Assembly: GCA_963828165.1 (NCBI GenBank)
Contig: CAWHDR010000001.1
Coordinates: 2,016,001-2,080,000 of the forward strand
Length of the DNA: 64,000 nucleotides
DNA from: an uncultured Chloroflexia bacterium
GTDB taxonomy: Bacteria; Chloroflexota; Limnocylindria; Limnocylindrales; CSP1-4
Reading direction: 5' to 3'
Shown here in pieces: positions 41,220 to 50,451 of the stretch (its first letter is position 1; the number at the start of each line of letters is the position of its first letter). The notes under the pieces were generated by a model that worked only from the letters and a program-made list of their open reading frames with translations, was not told the DNA's origin and did not search any database. A program made the translations under genes and the position numbers.

Positions 41220-42497
41220 CTATTCGACGGAGACGACCCGGTACGTGACCGCGCCCCGTGGCGTCTTGACTGCGACCTCGTCGCCCGCGACCGCGCCCAG
41301 TAGTGCCCGCCCGACCGGTGATGCCACCGACAGCCGCCCCGAGGATGGATCGGCCTCGGCCGTGCCCACCAAGGTGTACGTGTCGGTGTCGCCCTCGATC
41401 TCGACGACGATCCGGGAGCCCAGGTCCGCGCCGGCCCCGGCGGTCGGCGCCACGGCGATGACGGCCGAGCGCAACTGCGCCTCGATCGACTGGACGCGGC
41501 CTTCAAGGAACGACTGCTCCTCGCGCGCGGAGCTGTAGTCGGCATTCTCCTTGAGGTCGCCGAGCTCCTTGGCAGCCCGGATCCGGGCGATGACCTCGGG
41601 CCGCTTCACCCCGGTCAGCTCCGCCAGCTCCGCCCGCAGGCGCTCGGCTCCCTCCGCGGTCAGGGTCGCAGCCGGACCGCCGGGCGTGGCCGTCGGTGGG
41701 GCTTCCGGAGGGCGTGCCGCTCCGGGCGACGAGGGGCTCCCACCGCCTCCGGCGCGTGACGATGTCGGCGCGGGCGACCGCGACGGCGTGGCTCGCGGCG
41801 CACGCCGCCGTGGCTCCGGCGGCTCCCCTCGCGCCCCCTCCGCATCGCCGTCCGGGACGACCACGACCCTCGTCACCGGCGCTGCCGGTTCGACCGCCTC
41901 GGGTAGCAGCGACCCGGACAGGCCGCTCGTCTTGCGCTCGCCGGTCGGACGCCGCAGGTTCGCGAATGGCAGGACGACGTCGGGGTCCCGCAGGCCCGCG
42001 CGCTCGCTGGCGGTGACGGTCTCGGCGAAGGCCGCGAGCAGCGCGTCCTCGTATTCCTCCACGGCCTCGGTCGCGGCCCACCACACCCGGCATGACGGCA
42101 ACGCTCGCAAGGTCATGAGCCAGTGGCCGCCGGCGTATGGCCGTCGGTCTCCGAGCGTCGTCCGCGCCATGGCCGCCAGCCGACCGCTGATCGTCGCCCC
42201 GGTCGCGCCGACATAGAGCACGGTCTGGGACGGCAGCCAGAAGGAGGCGAGCCGGGCCGACAGGGCACGCGAGGTCGGCCTTGCGCCGTCGAGCAGGAGG
42301 CCAGGCACGTGCTCGAGCCATTTGCCGACACGCGTGAGCTCGATCGGGGCCGTCGGGAGTGGTGCCGGGAGCTCCACCAGGAAGACGCCCGGGGAACGGC
42401 CGGGCACCGGGCGCCCCCACGGCAGGGGCCCGTCGGGAAGCAGGCCGACCTTGCGCAGCAGGCTCGGCGCGGACAGCGCCTCGTCGTCGTCAGGCAT
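41220..42497 (-). CDS. greA: GIY-YIG-like domain fused to transcription elongation factor GreA
   Basis: C-terminal LTAEGAERL...GDLKENADY..AREEQ...LSVASPVGRALLG. N-terminal PGVF...LYVG...RL...E..LL...PFAN. Pro/Ser/Ala linker; single ORF. Confidence 0.85.
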   Translation of the reverse strand: MPDDDEALSAPSLLRKVGLLPDGPLPWGRPVPGRSPGVFLVELPAPLPTAPIELTRVGKWLEHVPGLLLDGARPTSRALSARLASFWLPSQTVLYVGATGATISGRLAAMARTTLGDRRPYAGGHWLMTLRALPSCRVWWAATEAVEEYEDALLAAFAETVTASERAGLRDPDVVLPFANLRRPTGERKTSGLSGSLLPEAVEPAAPVTRVVVVPDGDAEGARGEPPEPRRRAPRATPSRSPAPTSSRAGGGGSPSSPGAARPPEAPPTATPGGPAATLTAEGAERLRAELAELTGVKRPEVIARIRAAKELGDLKENADYSSAREEQSFLEGRVQSIEAQLRSAVIAVAPTAGAGADLGSRIVVEIEGDTDTYTLVGTAEADPSSGRLSVASPVGRALLGAVAGDEVAVKTPRGAVTYRVVSVE

Positions 42498-42543
42498 CCG
42501 GGGGATGGTACCCGTGACGGACTCGCGGTACCGTGCACTGCGC

Positions 42544-43932
42544 ATGGCTGCTGTTCGGCCGCGTCGGACGCGGGTCCGGCGCGCCCTCCTGATCCTCGCC
42601 ACCGTGACGGCGACGAGCGTCATCTCGATCGCACTCGGCCCGCTGCTGACCACTTCGCGGATCCCCGACCCGATCGCGGCCGCGCGGCCGTCGCCGTTGG
42701 CCGAACCGACGGCTCGCGCCGAGGTCGACCGTGGCGTCCGGCCGGCCAGTGCGAAACCCGCGAACCCGATCCCGGCACCACCCGTGGCGGCGCGCCCGGT
42801 CGTGGCAACCATCGGGGTCCGGCCGCCGGAGCTGGCCGGTCTCACGGCGACGGCCGCGACGCGCCGCGCCCTCCAGAAGCGTCTCGACCAGCTGCGCGAG
42901 CGGTATGGGGTCCCCGGGATCTCGGTCACGATGCTCTTCCCCGATGGCAGCTCGTGGGTCGGCGTGAGCGGCCTGGCGAACGTCGGGGCCAAGACGCCCG
43001 TGACCGCGTCCACGTCCTTCGCCATCGCGAGCATCAGCAAGACCTTCACCGCCGCCCTCGTCCTGGCCCTGGCGCAGGACGGGACGATCGACCTCGACGA
43101 GCCGGTGCGGACATACCTGCCCGAGGTGAAGGTCAATGCAAAGATCACGGTCCGCCAGCTGCTCGACCACACCAGCGGGCTGCGCGATTACTTCTTCCAT
43201 CCGGCGATCGACAAGAAGCTGTTGACGGATCGCAGCCGGGTCTGGGATACCGCCGACGCGATGAAGCACGTCGGCAAGGCGTACTTCAAGCCGGGCACCG
43301 GTTGGCACTATTCGAACACCAACTACCTCGTGCTCGGGATGCTCGCCGAGCGGGTCGGCGGGGCGCCCCTGGCGGATCAGGTCCGCGCCCGCTTCCTCGA
43401 GCCGCTGGGACTGCGACACACCTGGTATCAGCCCACCGAGGAGGCCAGCGCCGACGGCGCCCACGGCTACCGGTTCGATTCGACGTCGAAGGACGCTCCT
43501 GCCATCGACCTGTCCGATGGCAGCCCGTTCATGCCATTCACCTCCGTCGTCACCGCAGCGGCCGGCGCCGGAGCCTTCGCGTCCAACTCGACCGATCTCG
43601 TCCGCTGGGTCCGCGCGCTCTACGCCGGCGCGGTGCTGTCCCAGGCGTCGGTCGATGCGATGGTCGGCGACATCAGCCGAACCGCGCCGTACAAGCCCCG
43701 CGTGCCCTACGGTCTGGGCGTCCAGCGCCAGGACATCGACGGGTACCAGTCGCTCGGGCATTCCGGGCGGCTGCTCGGCTTTCGGTCGGTCGTCCGTTGG
43801 TTGCCGGACGAGGACGTTGCGATCGCCGTGGTGAGCAACCAGAGCCGGACCGATCCCGGGATCTTCGCGCGTGCCTTGCTCAGGACCGCCCGGGCCGCTG
43901 GCGCGTGCGTGAACTGCACCAGCCAGCGCTGA
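42544..43932 (+). CDS. Serine hydrolase, beta-lactamase / D-Ala-D-Ala carboxypeptidase family
   Basis: FAIASISK (SxxK), LLDHTSG, YSNTNY, GHSG; N-terminal TM or signal. Start uncertain. Confidence 0.9.
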   Translation: MAAVRPRRTRVRRALLILATVTATSVISIALGPLLTTSRIPDPIAAARPSPLAEPTARAEVDRGVRPASAKPANPIPAPPVAARPVVATIGVRPPELAGLTATAATRRALQKRLDQLRERYGVPGISVTMLFPDGSSWVGVSGLANVGAKTPVTASTSFAIASISKTFTAALVLALAQDGTIDLDEPVRTYLPEVKVNAKITVRQLLDHTSGLRDYFFHPAIDKKLLTDRSRVWDTADAMKHVGKAYFKPGTGWHYSNTNYLVLGMLAERVGGAPLADQVRARFLEPLGLRHTWYQPTEEASADGAHGYRFDSTSKDAPAIDLSDGSPFMPFTSVVTAAAGAGAFASNSTDLVRWVRALYAGAVLSQASVDAMVGDISRTAPYKPRVPYGLGVQRQDIDGYQSLGHSGRLLGFRSVVRWLPDEDVAIAVVSNQSRTDPGIFARALLRTARAAGACVNCTSQR

Positions 43933-44047
43933 CGCGCTGCTCGCGTCGTGCGGGCGGTGGGACCATCGCACCCGTCCCGACGGTACGGACGGCTGTTGAC
44001 CTTTGCCATCGGAGCGCGCACGTTGCGGGGTACGTTTCGGGGGAAAC

Positions 44048-44596
44048 ATGATCCAGGTCGATGCCTATACCGTCGGGGGGATGGCCCACGGCACGCTCAC
44101 GCGTGCCGGGCATCTGCGCGAGATCCTCGAGGAGACCGGCGAGCTCGCCCTGCAGAGCGTCCGCTGGTTGCCGCTCGGCGCGTCGGAGGCCCAGGCCGCC
44201 GGCGACCTGACGATCGCCATCGACGACGTCCTCGTGGCTGTCACGAACGACGAATCGACCATCCCGGTCCACGCCAGCTGGCACGCGCTCAGGATCGAAG
44301 TCGGCCCGTATGTCCTGGAAGGTGAGCTGCCGACGCTCCCCGGCTACGACCCCGACCGTGCCCTCGCGCGACCGAACGGCGAGTTCGTGCTCATCCGCGA
44401 ACCGCGCCTTGGTCGGGTGGGTGGCCCCCTCGGGCCGATCGGCCAGGAAGCGCTCGTGAACCGCTACAGCGTCGAGCGGGTCGAGGCGGACATCATGCTC
44501 GGGTTCTTCTTCCCGGGAGCTGCGATGCCCGCCACCAGCGAGACCGACGCGATCGAACGGCGACCGGCCCCGACCCCGGAGACGAGCGCGCCCTGA
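44048..44596 (+). CDS. Hypothetical protein
   Basis: Protein-like ORF filling the gap, apparently two similar beta-rich halves; no recognised motif. Confidence 0.65.
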   Translation: MIQVDAYTVGGMAHGTLTRAGHLREILEETGELALQSVRWLPLGASEAQAAGDLTIAIDDVLVAVTNDESTIPVHASWHALRIEVGPYVLEGELPTLPGYDPDRALARPNGEFVLIREPRLGRVGGPLGPIGQEALVNRYSVERVEADIMLGFFFPGAAMPATSETDAIERRPAPTPETSAP

Positions 44597-44618
44597 CCCA
44601 CCGCCAAGGCGGCGTTTC

Positions 44619-45884
44619 CTAGCGTGAGCCGCCGGTGCCGGCCCCCGTGCGTCGGCGCACGGGCTTGCGATGCGCGTGGTGCTCTTGCGTCACGCGGGCA
44701 TGGCCGCTGCGCATGCCAAGGGGCCGTGGCTCCGTATCGCGATCCGGCACGAAGCCCTCGGCCACGGTCCACGGGATCGCATGCTTGAGCATCCGCTGCA
44801 CGCCGCGGAGCAGGTCGACCTCATCGATGCACACCAGGCTGATCGCCTCGCCCAGGGCGCCCGCGCGGCCGGTCCGGCCGATGCGGTGGATGTAGTCCTG
44901 CGGGTTCCAGGGCAGCTCGAAATTCACGACGACCGGCAGGTCCTCGATATCGAGGCCACGGGCGGCGACGTCCGTCGCGACGAGCACCCGGATGGCCCCG
45001 GTCTTGAAGCCTTCGAGCGCACGGGTCCGCTCCGGCTGCGACCGGTCGCTGTGGATGGCGACGGCGTCGATGCCTTCCCGGTCCAGGCGCGTCGCGAGCC
45101 GGGAGGCAGCGAGCTTCGTGCGGGTGAAGACCAGGACCTGGTGCAGGTCGCCTGACCGGATGAGATGGGCGAGGAGCGCCTCCTTGCGGTCGCGGTCCAC
45201 CGGATAGACGAGCTGGCGGATGCCCTCGACCGTGGTGTTGCGCGGCGCCACCTCGACCGTCTCGGGGTCGCGCAGGATCGTCCCGGACAGGCGCCGGATG
45301 TCGTCGGAGAAGGTCGCTGAGAACATGAGGTTCTGGCGACGCTTCGGGAGGAGCTCGATGATGCGCTGGATGTCCGGCAGGAAGCCCATGTCGAGCATCC
45401 GGTCGGCCTCGTCGAGGACCAGGATCTCGACCTGACCGAGGTTCGCGACCTTCTGTCCCACGAGGTCGAGCAGGCGACCCGGGGTCGCGACGAGGATCTC
45501 GACCCCCGCGCGCAGGGCCTTGATCTGCGGGTCCATGGGGATGCCGCCGTACACGACGGTCGAACGCAACGGCACGGTCCGGCCGTAGGTCCGGACGCTC
45601 TCATCGACCTGCATCGCGAGCTCGCGGGTCGGCACGAGGATGAGCGAGCGAACCGGGTGACGGGCCGGCGAGAACGACGTATTGGCCTGCGGCCGGAGTC
45701 GATCAAGGATCGGCAGCGTGAACGCCGCGGTCTTGCCGGTACCGGTCTGGGCCGCCGCGAGGACGTCACGGCCGGCGAGTACGAGGGGGATGGCGGCCGC
45801 CTGCACCGGTGTGGGTGTGGTGTAGCCCTCTTCGGTGACGGTCTTGAGTAGATCGGCCGACAGGCCGAGTGAGTCGAAGGTCAA
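44619..45884 (-). CDS. rhlE: DEAD-box RNA helicase (RhlE-like)
   Basis: PTPVQ, AQTGTGKT, PTRELA, DEAD, SAT, ARGLD, HRIGRTGR; TTG start with GGAG RBS. Confidence 0.93.
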   Translation of the reverse strand: MTFDSLGLSADLLKTVTEEGYTTPTPVQAAAIPLVLAGRDVLAAAQTGTGKTAAFTLPILDRLRPQANTSFSPARHPVRSLILVPTRELAMQVDESVRTYGRTVPLRSTVVYGGIPMDPQIKALRAGVEILVATPGRLLDLVGQKVANLGQVEILVLDEADRMLDMGFLPDIQRIIELLPKRRQNLMFSATFSDDIRRLSGTILRDPETVEVAPRNTTVEGIRQLVYPVDRDRKEALLAHLIRSGDLHQVLVFTRTKLAASRLATRLDREGIDAVAIHSDRSQPERTRALEGFKTGAIRVLVATDVAARGLDIEDLPVVVNFELPWNPQDYIHRIGRTGRAGALGEAISLVCIDEVDLLRGVQRMLKHAIPWTVAEGFVPDRDTEPRPLGMRSGHARVTQEHHAHRKPVRRRTGAGTGGSR

Positions 45885-46372
45885 GCGTGGCTCCTGCAGG
45901 GACCCTGGCCGTCGCGGGCGGGACTCCGCGGGAGCGCGACGGTGGCGTGGGACGGCGCGCCAGAACGCGGCCGCACGTGGCCCGCCCGGAGCATAGCCGA
46001 AATCGGTCGCATCGGGACTTCCCGGCTGTTGAAAAGCGGCCCGGTGCGCACCGGTACGACTGGTGCAATGACGGGGGCTTGCTTGCACTGGCATACTTTG
46101 GTCGCAGCCCCCCAGGCTTGCAGACACCAGACAGACAGGCATCAACCAAAGACTCGCCGCCCCAACGGCAGGACCCTGTCGATCACGTCGGGTGCTCTTC
46201 ACTCGACGGCCCGGTTCGGCTCACCCGGACCGGCTCAACCCTTCGCTCGCGCTCAGCGCGATCGATGGGCGTCCGTCGCTCGCGCGCTCGCGAACTTCCT
46301 GCCACACGGCGGCACCACCCCACCGTCACCGCGTCCCCCCACGCGGTGTTCTGGAAGAAGGAGGCAGGAATC

Positions 46373-47221
46373 TTGCTGGTACCCACGAACGTCGCCCAGA
46401 GGGCGGCCAGCCACCGGTCACTTCGCCTGACCGCATTCGCTCTGACGGCCGCGCTGGTCGTGAGCCTCGGAGCGATGGCGAACCCCCAGGAAACCAACGC
46501 TCGAGCCCTCAAGGTCGTCGTGGTCGTCGGACCGGTCGGGTCGAAGACCTCGGAGTACAAGTCCAGCGGCAAGTACTACGCCAAGCTGGCGCGCTCGTAC
46601 GGAGCGTCGGTCACGGAGATCTACAGCCCCTACGCGACATGGTCCAAGGTCAAGGCTGCCGCCCAGGGCGCCAATCTGCTGATCTACCTCGGCCATGGCA
46701 ACGGCTATCCCAGTCCCTACGGCTCGTTCCAGCGCTACACCAAGGACGGGATGGGGCTCAACGCCTCGTACGGCAACGGCAACTCGAACGTCAAGTACTG
46801 GGGCGAGTACTACATCGACCGGGACATCCAGATGGCGAAGAACGCCGTCGTCATCCTGAACCGCCTGTGCTATGCGTCGGGCAATTCGGAGTGGGGTTCC
46901 GCGAATCCGACGAAGTCGACCGCGATCAAGCGGGTCGACAATTACGGCGCCGGGTTCCTGCGGGCGGGTGCGAAGGCCGTGTTCGCGGAAGCGATCACGA
47001 GCGCGTCGTACACGATCCGCGCGCTCTTCAAGTCGTCGAGGACGATGAACTCGATCCTCATGACCCACCCCTCGGCGAGTGACGCGCGAGACTTCTACGT
47101 CAACTCGGCCCGAACCAGCGGCATGCGGGCGCACCTCGATCCGCCCCAGGCCGGCAAGTACTGGCGGTCCCTCATCGGCAACCTGGCGTTGACCGCCACG
47201 CAGTGGCGCGCCGGCGGCTGA
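46373..47221 (+). CDS. Secreted protein, probable caspase/CHAT-fold cysteine peptidase-like
   Basis: Signal peptide; IYLGHG and LNRLCYASG; GFLRAGAKAVFA; AAGGAGG RBS with TTG start. Confidence 0.65.
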   Translation: MLVPTNVAQRAASHRSLRLTAFALTAALVVSLGAMANPQETNARALKVVVVVGPVGSKTSEYKSSGKYYAKLARSYGASVTEIYSPYATWSKVKAAAQGANLLIYLGHGNGYPSPYGSFQRYTKDGMGLNASYGNGNSNVKYWGEYYIDRDIQMAKNAVVILNRLCYASGNSEWGSANPTKSTAIKRVDNYGAGFLRAGAKAVFAEAITSASYTIRALFKSSRTMNSILMTHPSASDARDFYVNSARTSGMRAHLDPPQAGKYWRSLIGNLALTATQWRAGG

Positions 47222-47300
47222 GGCCTCCGCTCCGGCGAACCTTCGAGGCCCGGCGTCGAGCCGGGCCTCGGCACGTCCGGGAGGCCGTACCATGCTGGCC

Positions 47301-47873
47301 ATGACTGTCACGACCGACCGACTGCCCTTCACCGGTGACGACGCCGCCGATCGATTGCTCGTCTCGGATCCCCTCGCGATGCTGATCGGGTTCGCCCTCG
47401 ACCAGCAGGTCACGGTCCAGAAGGCCTTCAGTGGCCCGCTCGAGCTGGAGCGCAGGATCGGCCACCTGGATGCCGCGAAGCTCGCGGCGACCGACCCCGC
47501 GGAGCTTGACGCGGTGTTCCGCAAGCCGCCCGCCCTGCATCGGTTCCCCGGATCCATGGCCGGCAAGGTCCAGCAGCTCGCTGCCGCGATCGCCACCGAC
47601 TACGGCAACGACGCGGCCCGCATCTGGACGGAAGCGAGCGATGGCCCCGACCTCAAGCGCCGCCTGCTGGCCTTGCCCGGTATCGGCGAGATGAAAGCCG
47701 CCGCGATCATCGCGATCCTGGGCAAGCGCCTCGACCTGGACCTGCCGGGTCTCGACGCCGTGATGCCGGCGCACCCAACCCTCGGAGATGTCGATTCAGC
47801 CGAGGCGCTGGCGTCCTACCAGGCCGGCAAGCGGGCCATGAAAGCGGAGAAGCGCGCGGCCGCAAAGGGCTGA
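47301..47873 (+). CDS. HhH-GPD-type base excision repair protein
   Basis: LDQQV, KAFSGP, HRFPGSMA, ALPGIGEMKA HhH, DV. TACCAT at 47288 supports the start. Confidence 0.88.
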   Translation: MTVTTDRLPFTGDDAADRLLVSDPLAMLIGFALDQQVTVQKAFSGPLELERRIGHLDAAKLAATDPAELDAVFRKPPALHRFPGSMAGKVQQLAAAIATDYGNDAARIWTEASDGPDLKRRLLALPGIGEMKAAAIIAILGKRLDLDLPGLDAVMPAHPTLGDVDSAEALASYQAGKRAMKAEKRAAAKG

Positions 47874-47920
47874 CCCTCGAGCGCGGCCGGGCAGGGCGAC
47901 TTGGCCGCCCCGGACACGAA

Positions 47921-47948
47921 ACGACCCCGGCTGCTGGGCCGGGGTCGT
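47921..47948. terminator. Hairpin terminator between convergent genes
   Basis: 11-bp stem ACGACCCCGGC / GCCGGGGTCGT. Confidence 0.65.
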
Positions 47949-47962
47949 CCGTCTGCGCGGGG

Positions 47963-48127
47963 TTATCGAGGTTGCCCTGTCGGTACGAGCCAGGGACGGC
48001 TGTCGCGGTCGTCGATGCCGGGGCGGGAGTCGACGCCGAAGCGGAACGCCGCCGCCGCGAACGCGGCGATCGGGAAGATGAAGCTGGCGGCCACAGCGAG
48101 GGCGGCCACGACCTGATCGAACGTCAT
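47963..48127 (-). CDS. 54-aa single-TM microprotein
   Basis: MTFDQVVAALAVAASFIFPIAAFAAAAFRFGVDSRPGIDDRDSRPWLVPTGQPR; purine-rich GGAAAGGAAAGGG upstream; terminator downstream. Confidence 0.65.
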   Translation of the reverse strand: MTFDQVVAALAVAASFIFPIAAFAAAAFRFGVDSRPGIDDRDSRPWLVPTGQPR

Positions 48128-48149
48128 GTCTTTCGCCCTTTCCTTTCCG

Positions 48150-48190
48150 GTCCAATGTCGTGGAATCTGACTGATGGCTTGACATTGGAC
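48150..48190. promoter_or_regulatory. Probable MocR operator overlapping a -35 box
   Basis: Perfect 10-bp inverted repeat GTCCAATGTC-N21-GACATTGGAC; TTGACA at 48179-48184; further GTCCAAT, GCCAAT and GTGGAC copies at 48227-48255. Confidence 0.65.
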
Positions 48191-48215
48191 TGTTGCTCCG
48201 TGCATCATGACGCGC

Positions 48216-49772
48216 ATGAGCGACCAGTCCAATAGCCAATCCGATGTAAGTGGACTGAAAAGGCAATCGATGGTCTCTGCGGCGGCCCTCGTTGAGCTCA
48301 TCGGTCCGTGGGCCGATGGCGCCGACCCGCTGAACGAGCAATTGGCGGCGGCCCTGGCCCGGGCCATCGACCTCGGTCTGCTGCCACCGGGCGCGCGCCT
48401 CCCGGCGGAGCGCGAGCTCGCGCGCGAACTCGCCCTGAGTCGGACCACGATCGTCGCCGCGTACGACCGCCTGCGCTTGGCCGGGCTGGCGCGAAGCCGC
48501 CAGGGGAGCGGCACGAGGGTCGCGGCGCGACGACCCGGTCTGACCCAGCCGTACCTCGCGTCCATCGAGTCGATGGATTCGGACGCCGTACGAATGCCAG
48601 CCACTACCACGGCCGCCACCGCAGCCGCGGTCGGCCTGCTGACCCCGCTCGTCGACGACGCCATCGAGCTCACGATCGGCGCGCTTCCGGCCGGATCGAT
48701 CGTGGCGGATGCGATGGCTGCGGCAGTACGTGACGATCTCCCGAACCTGCTCCGCGACAGCGGCTACGACCCGTTCGGCCTGCCGGCGCTGCGCGGGCAG
48801 ATCGCCGCATACCTGACCCGCCTCGGCGTGAACACGGATCCCGACCAGGTCCTCGTCACGAGCGGCGCGCAGCAGGCGCTCCATCTCATCGGATCGCAGC
48901 TCGGCGGACCCGGGAGCTCCATCGTCATGGAGAACCCCACCTACATCGGGGCCATCGATGCATTCCGAACCACGGGCAATCGGCTCGTCCCGATCCCGGT
49001 CGACGACCACGGCGCCCGGGTCGAGGTCATCGGGCTGCTCGGGTCGAGCGCGCCAGTCCGCCTCGTCTATGTGATCCCCACGTTCCAGAACCCGACCGGT
49101 GCGGTGATGCCGGAATCGCGCCGTCGCGAGCTCGCGCGGATGGCGTCCGAATCCGGTTTCCAGATCGTCGAGGACCTCACGCCCGACCTGACCCTCGGGG
49201 TCGACAGCCCCCCACCGATCGCTGCATTCGACGCAGGCGACCGGGTCATCACCGTCGGCTCGCTGAGCAAGCTCGCCTGGGGCGGGCTGCGCGTCGGTTG
49301 GGTGCGGGCGTCGCGGGAGGTCATCGATCGGCTTGTCGCCGGCAAGATCGTCGCGGACCATTCCTCGAGCCTCGTCACGCAGGCGATCGGTGCGCGCGTG
49401 TTCGATCGGCTCGACGATGTCGCGGCCCGCAGTCGCCAGGCCGCCGCGGAACGACGATCCGTGTTGATGGAGGCGCTCGCGACGCGCCTGCCCGAGTGGT
49501 CCTGGACCGAGCCCAAAGGCGGGCTCTCCCTGTGGGTTCGCCTGCCGGGGACCGACGCGGTGGCGTTCAGCCGCCTCGCTGCGACCCTCGGTGTCGTGGT
49601 GCGGCCCGGTCCGCTCGCCTCCCCGGACGGTGGCTTCCGCGACCACGTCCGGATCGCCTACGGCTCGGAGCCGGACCGGCTGGTCGACGGCGTGGAGCGC
49701 TTGGCCGCCGCATGGGCGGCCTACACCCCGGCCATTCGTTCGAGCCGCCCGTCGCTGGCCGTCAGCGTCTGA
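48216..49772 (+). CDS. MocR/GabR family regulator (GntR HTH + PLP aminotransferase domain)
   Basis: LPAERELA..LSRTT..AY, RQGSGT, TSGAQQAL, FQNPTG, SLSKLAWGGLRVGW. Confidence 0.94.
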   Translation: MSDQSNSQSDVSGLKRQSMVSAAALVELIGPWADGADPLNEQLAAALARAIDLGLLPPGARLPAERELARELALSRTTIVAAYDRLRLAGLARSRQGSGTRVAARRPGLTQPYLASIESMDSDAVRMPATTTAATAAAVGLLTPLVDDAIELTIGALPAGSIVADAMAAAVRDDLPNLLRDSGYDPFGLPALRGQIAAYLTRLGVNTDPDQVLVTSGAQQALHLIGSQLGGPGSSIVMENPTYIGAIDAFRTTGNRLVPIPVDDHGARVEVIGLLGSSAPVRLVYVIPTFQNPTGAVMPESRRRELARMASESGFQIVEDLTPDLTLGVDSPPPIAAFDAGDRVITVGSLSKLAWGGLRVGWVRASREVIDRLVAGKIVADHSSSLVTQAIGARVFDRLDDVAARSRQAAAERRSVLMEALATRLPEWSWTEPKGGLSLWVRLPGTDAVAFSRLAATLGVVVRPGPLASPDGGFRDHVRIAYGSEPDRLVDGVERLAAAWAAYTPAIRSSRPSLAVSV

Positions 49773-49836
49773 CGAACGAACCGACGTTCGTTCGCGTCCC
49801 GGCCGGATCCCGCCGACCGGGCTAGACTTCCCGGCA

Positions 49837-50451
49837 GTGGCCGACCTCCCCGCAGGCTCACCGCAGCCCCCTCGCCCCAGCGCCCGATCGGCGCGTCGCC
49901 CGCGCTTCGTCCTGCCCGATGATCACATCGATGAACGGGCCGGCGAACGCATCGAGGCGTTCCTCGAGGGCCCGCCGGTCCGCGCCCGGCGCACTCGTCG
50001 GTCGCGGCATCTGCGGTCCGAAGGTCTGCGCCCGGTCCGCCGGGTCGTGCCCATGGACACCCGGACTGACTGGGATATCGCCCTGCGCCACGAGGACGCC
50101 CGCGTCGCGCGCTACGGACGGCCGGCGGCGATCATGGCCATCCGGCTCCGGATGCTCACGGCGGGCGCCGTCGACCACTATGCGGCGCGCATCGGTGGCG
50201 CCATCCGGCATCAGGCTCGCGAGACGGACCGGGTGACCCGCTTCGGTCCGGACCGCTTCCACGTCCTGTTGCCCGAAACCCTCGAGGCCGAGGCGTCGGT
50301 CCTCGCGGAGCGCGTCCGCGCGGCCTGCGTCGCCGTGATCCCGGGCGCCCAGGGGTCAGAGGTGGAAGTCATGGTCGCCGCGGCCGGGACGTCCGGTGGC
50401 GGCTCGCTCCTCGAGGCCATGCGGTCGGTCAAGGCCCGCCTGGAGAGCTAG
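49837..50451 (+). CDS. Degenerate GGDEF-like protein
   Basis: ARYGRP, RETDRVTRFGPDRFHVLLPET (GGDEF replaced by GPDRF); TAGACT at 49823. Confidence 0.65.
   Translation: MADLPAGSPQPPRPSARSARRPRFVLPDDHIDERAGERIEAFLEGPPVRARRTRRSRHLRSEGLRPVRRVVPMDTRTDWDIALRHEDARVARYGRPAAIMAIRLRMLTAGAVDHYAARIGGAIRHQARETDRVTRFGPDRFHVLLPETLEAEASVLAERVRAACVAVIPGAQGSEVEVMVAAAGTSGGGSLLEAMRSVKARLES

Noticed and set aside
41220-43172. 650-aa version of the GreA fusion
   Set aside because: The upstream extension is antisense to the serine hydrolase gene; TACCAT at 42505-42510 supports the start at 42497.
42544-43932. Antibiotic-resistance beta-lactamase (also the APH-like gene at 28520)
   Set aside because: The motifs are shared by broad housekeeping families; no mobile context or resistance-specific signature.
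33273-47948. REP/MITE family suggested by two GACCCCGGC...GCCGGGGTC hairpins
   Set aside because: Only two copies, with different loops, both at gene 3' ends; ordinary terminators explain them.
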